From NCBI RefSeq assembly GCF_033153115.1, contig NW_026889781.1, forward strand, positions 7,688,001 to 7,752,000: a stretch of DNA of 64,000 nucleotides, written 5' to 3'. The DNA comes from Saccostrea echinata (taxonomy: Eukaryota). The first letter of the stretch is position 1, and each line of letters begins with the position of its first letter. The notes beneath the pieces are model-generated. The model was not told the origin of the DNA, did no database searches, and saw only the letters and a program-made list of their open reading frames with translations. This document shows positions 62,356-64,000 of the stretch, piece by piece. The translations under genes were made by a program, and so were the position numbers.

Positions 62356-64000
62356 GCACATAATTCCACCTGTTTGTAGAGAACTGTGTTGGTTTTGCTT
62401 ATAAGTATTGTTTAAATGGAGCTAAAGAATAATCAGTAATCGTTATCTTCACATTTTATGTAAAGAATGTAAGGAATATGGCTGTGTTATAAAAAATGCC
62501 TTAATATATCGTGATCAATACTACATTTCTTTTAAGTGCCGTATATACACATACTCACCTTCTATTCAGATTTTTGGGACTAGATTTTAATTCAAAATCT
62601 ATGTCTGCCTTATAGTCGAGTTCTCGAAACATTGGTATTTTTCTTGACGGCGAAATATGGATTTTGCGTTAAACAACTCCGACGATTATCTTATTAAACT
62701 GATATGATGAGAACAAAAGATTAAATATCTGTCTCATTTACACAAATATTATTTGAACACTGCTAAAAACATAAAAGTATTGATACGAAATATATTTGTT
62801 GAGGAAAAAAAGTTAAATAAATATTGGTGTCACTTGATAGCTGCACTGTGTATATGTATAGCTTGCATTAGAATTGTTATTGGATACATTGGTTCTAGTA
62901 TACTTTATAACACTGATTTTGTAATTTTGGAATCGAATTTATTTAGAAGGAAATAATACAAATGTCAATAAAAAGCAATACAAGTGTCTGAGTGAATACT
63001 GTGATTACATTATTTTAACAGAAATATCGGAGATAATATGTAGCGCTACCCATTTCTAAAAGGTATGGAAATTTTTGTCACTGAAAAAAAACGATATTTC
63101 CTCTCTTGCACCGTAGGGGTTAGTTCTTCTTATAAATGTATTCTCCTTAGTTGAATTATTGAACGTACCACTAAATATCTCGACCGCATCTATAGGATGG
63201 ATTTGTATTTTTACTTGATTGGCTGATATGTTGTTTCCGTTATTTACCTATATATCTCAGAAAAATTTTATTACCATAGGCGTTATATGATTTTCATATG
63301 AGGTTTTATGGTTTCCTACCATACTACTGCAGATTTTTTTATTGATTTAATGGAGGTTTTACATTGGGGCACTCAAAAATAACATTTCCTGATTTAAAGA
63401 AATTCGTATTAATCGATAATGTGCATGTATGTGTAATTGCTGTGTGTAGGAAAGGAAATATAAGAAGGAAGAAGCTTTAGTTTGTTCGGGAATGCTCTGT
63501 CGTAACATGTAAATTACTTCTATGTAAAAAAAAAATCCAGGTGCTTCTCTTCAGAATTTCAACTGTTATTTACATTTTAGCTCTATTTTGATCTTACATT
63601 TGCAAAAATATCGGAAAGAAAATGAATGGTAAAACCTATAGATTAAACGTATTTATATATAAAGGATTGTCTTAGAAGTGCTTATGTATCCGTTGCTTAA
63701 ATCTCTAAAATGTTTTTCTAGAGACCATCCTAGTAATTAGACCTTTCTCGCTTAAAAATCCTGTAATGCAAAAGAGTGATTTTTGTTGATTCAAAGGTTG
63801 TTCAAATGCAAGGGTAATACGTCATAAAAGAAGTTACAAATCCGGCCCTGTCCGACGCTCGTTTGCTTCTAAAAAAGTCTCATATAAAGTAAATAACTCA
63901 TATAGAATTAAACAAAGAATCAGATACAAGCAGATGTCAACCGATAAATAAGTTAAATTGTATTATAATTTTTTTAAAGGTCTTTCGTCTTCCTTCTCGT

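Noticed and set aside
62753-62956. Hydrophobic ORF as the TM exon of the lectin-EGF gene
   Set aside because: No convincing phase-1 acceptor/donor pair; the hydrophobicity is explained by AT/TG-rich sequence

Overview
AT-rich eukaryotic (animal) genomic DNA. The repeat families and gene type point to a bivalve, probably an oyster (inference, not verified). No prokaryotic features, CRISPR arrays, rRNA or true tRNA genes were seen. Main contents: (1) a full-length, young Ty3/Gypsy LTR retrotransposon (17164-24687; 543-bp LTRs with 3 mismatches by manual comparison, ATAC TSD, tRNA-Leu-like PBS, PPT). Its gag-pol carries two stops, and an unexpected third ORF in the env position encodes a double zinc-finger protein behind a splice acceptor. 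(2) A disrupted intronless 7TM/GPCR-like pseudogene just upstream. (3) Two decayed Penelope-like retroelements with opposite domain order (RT-EN Neptune-like on +, EN-CxC-RT Naiad-like on -) lying tail-to-tail. (4) A spliced host gene (at least 8 exons, 35627-55964) for a signal peptide + F-type-lectin-like domain + EGF-like repeat protein (MEGF10/CED-1-like), with a tandemly duplicated EGF exon and an intact minimal hammerhead ribozyme in intron 2. (5) Many non-autonomous elements (Helentron-type HINEs with internal satellites, tRNA-SINEs, Tc1/mariner, Kolobok-like, a CACTA nested in a SINE) and fossil piggyBac and Gypsy fragments. All calls come from manual reading. Element boundaries without a TSD are approximate.
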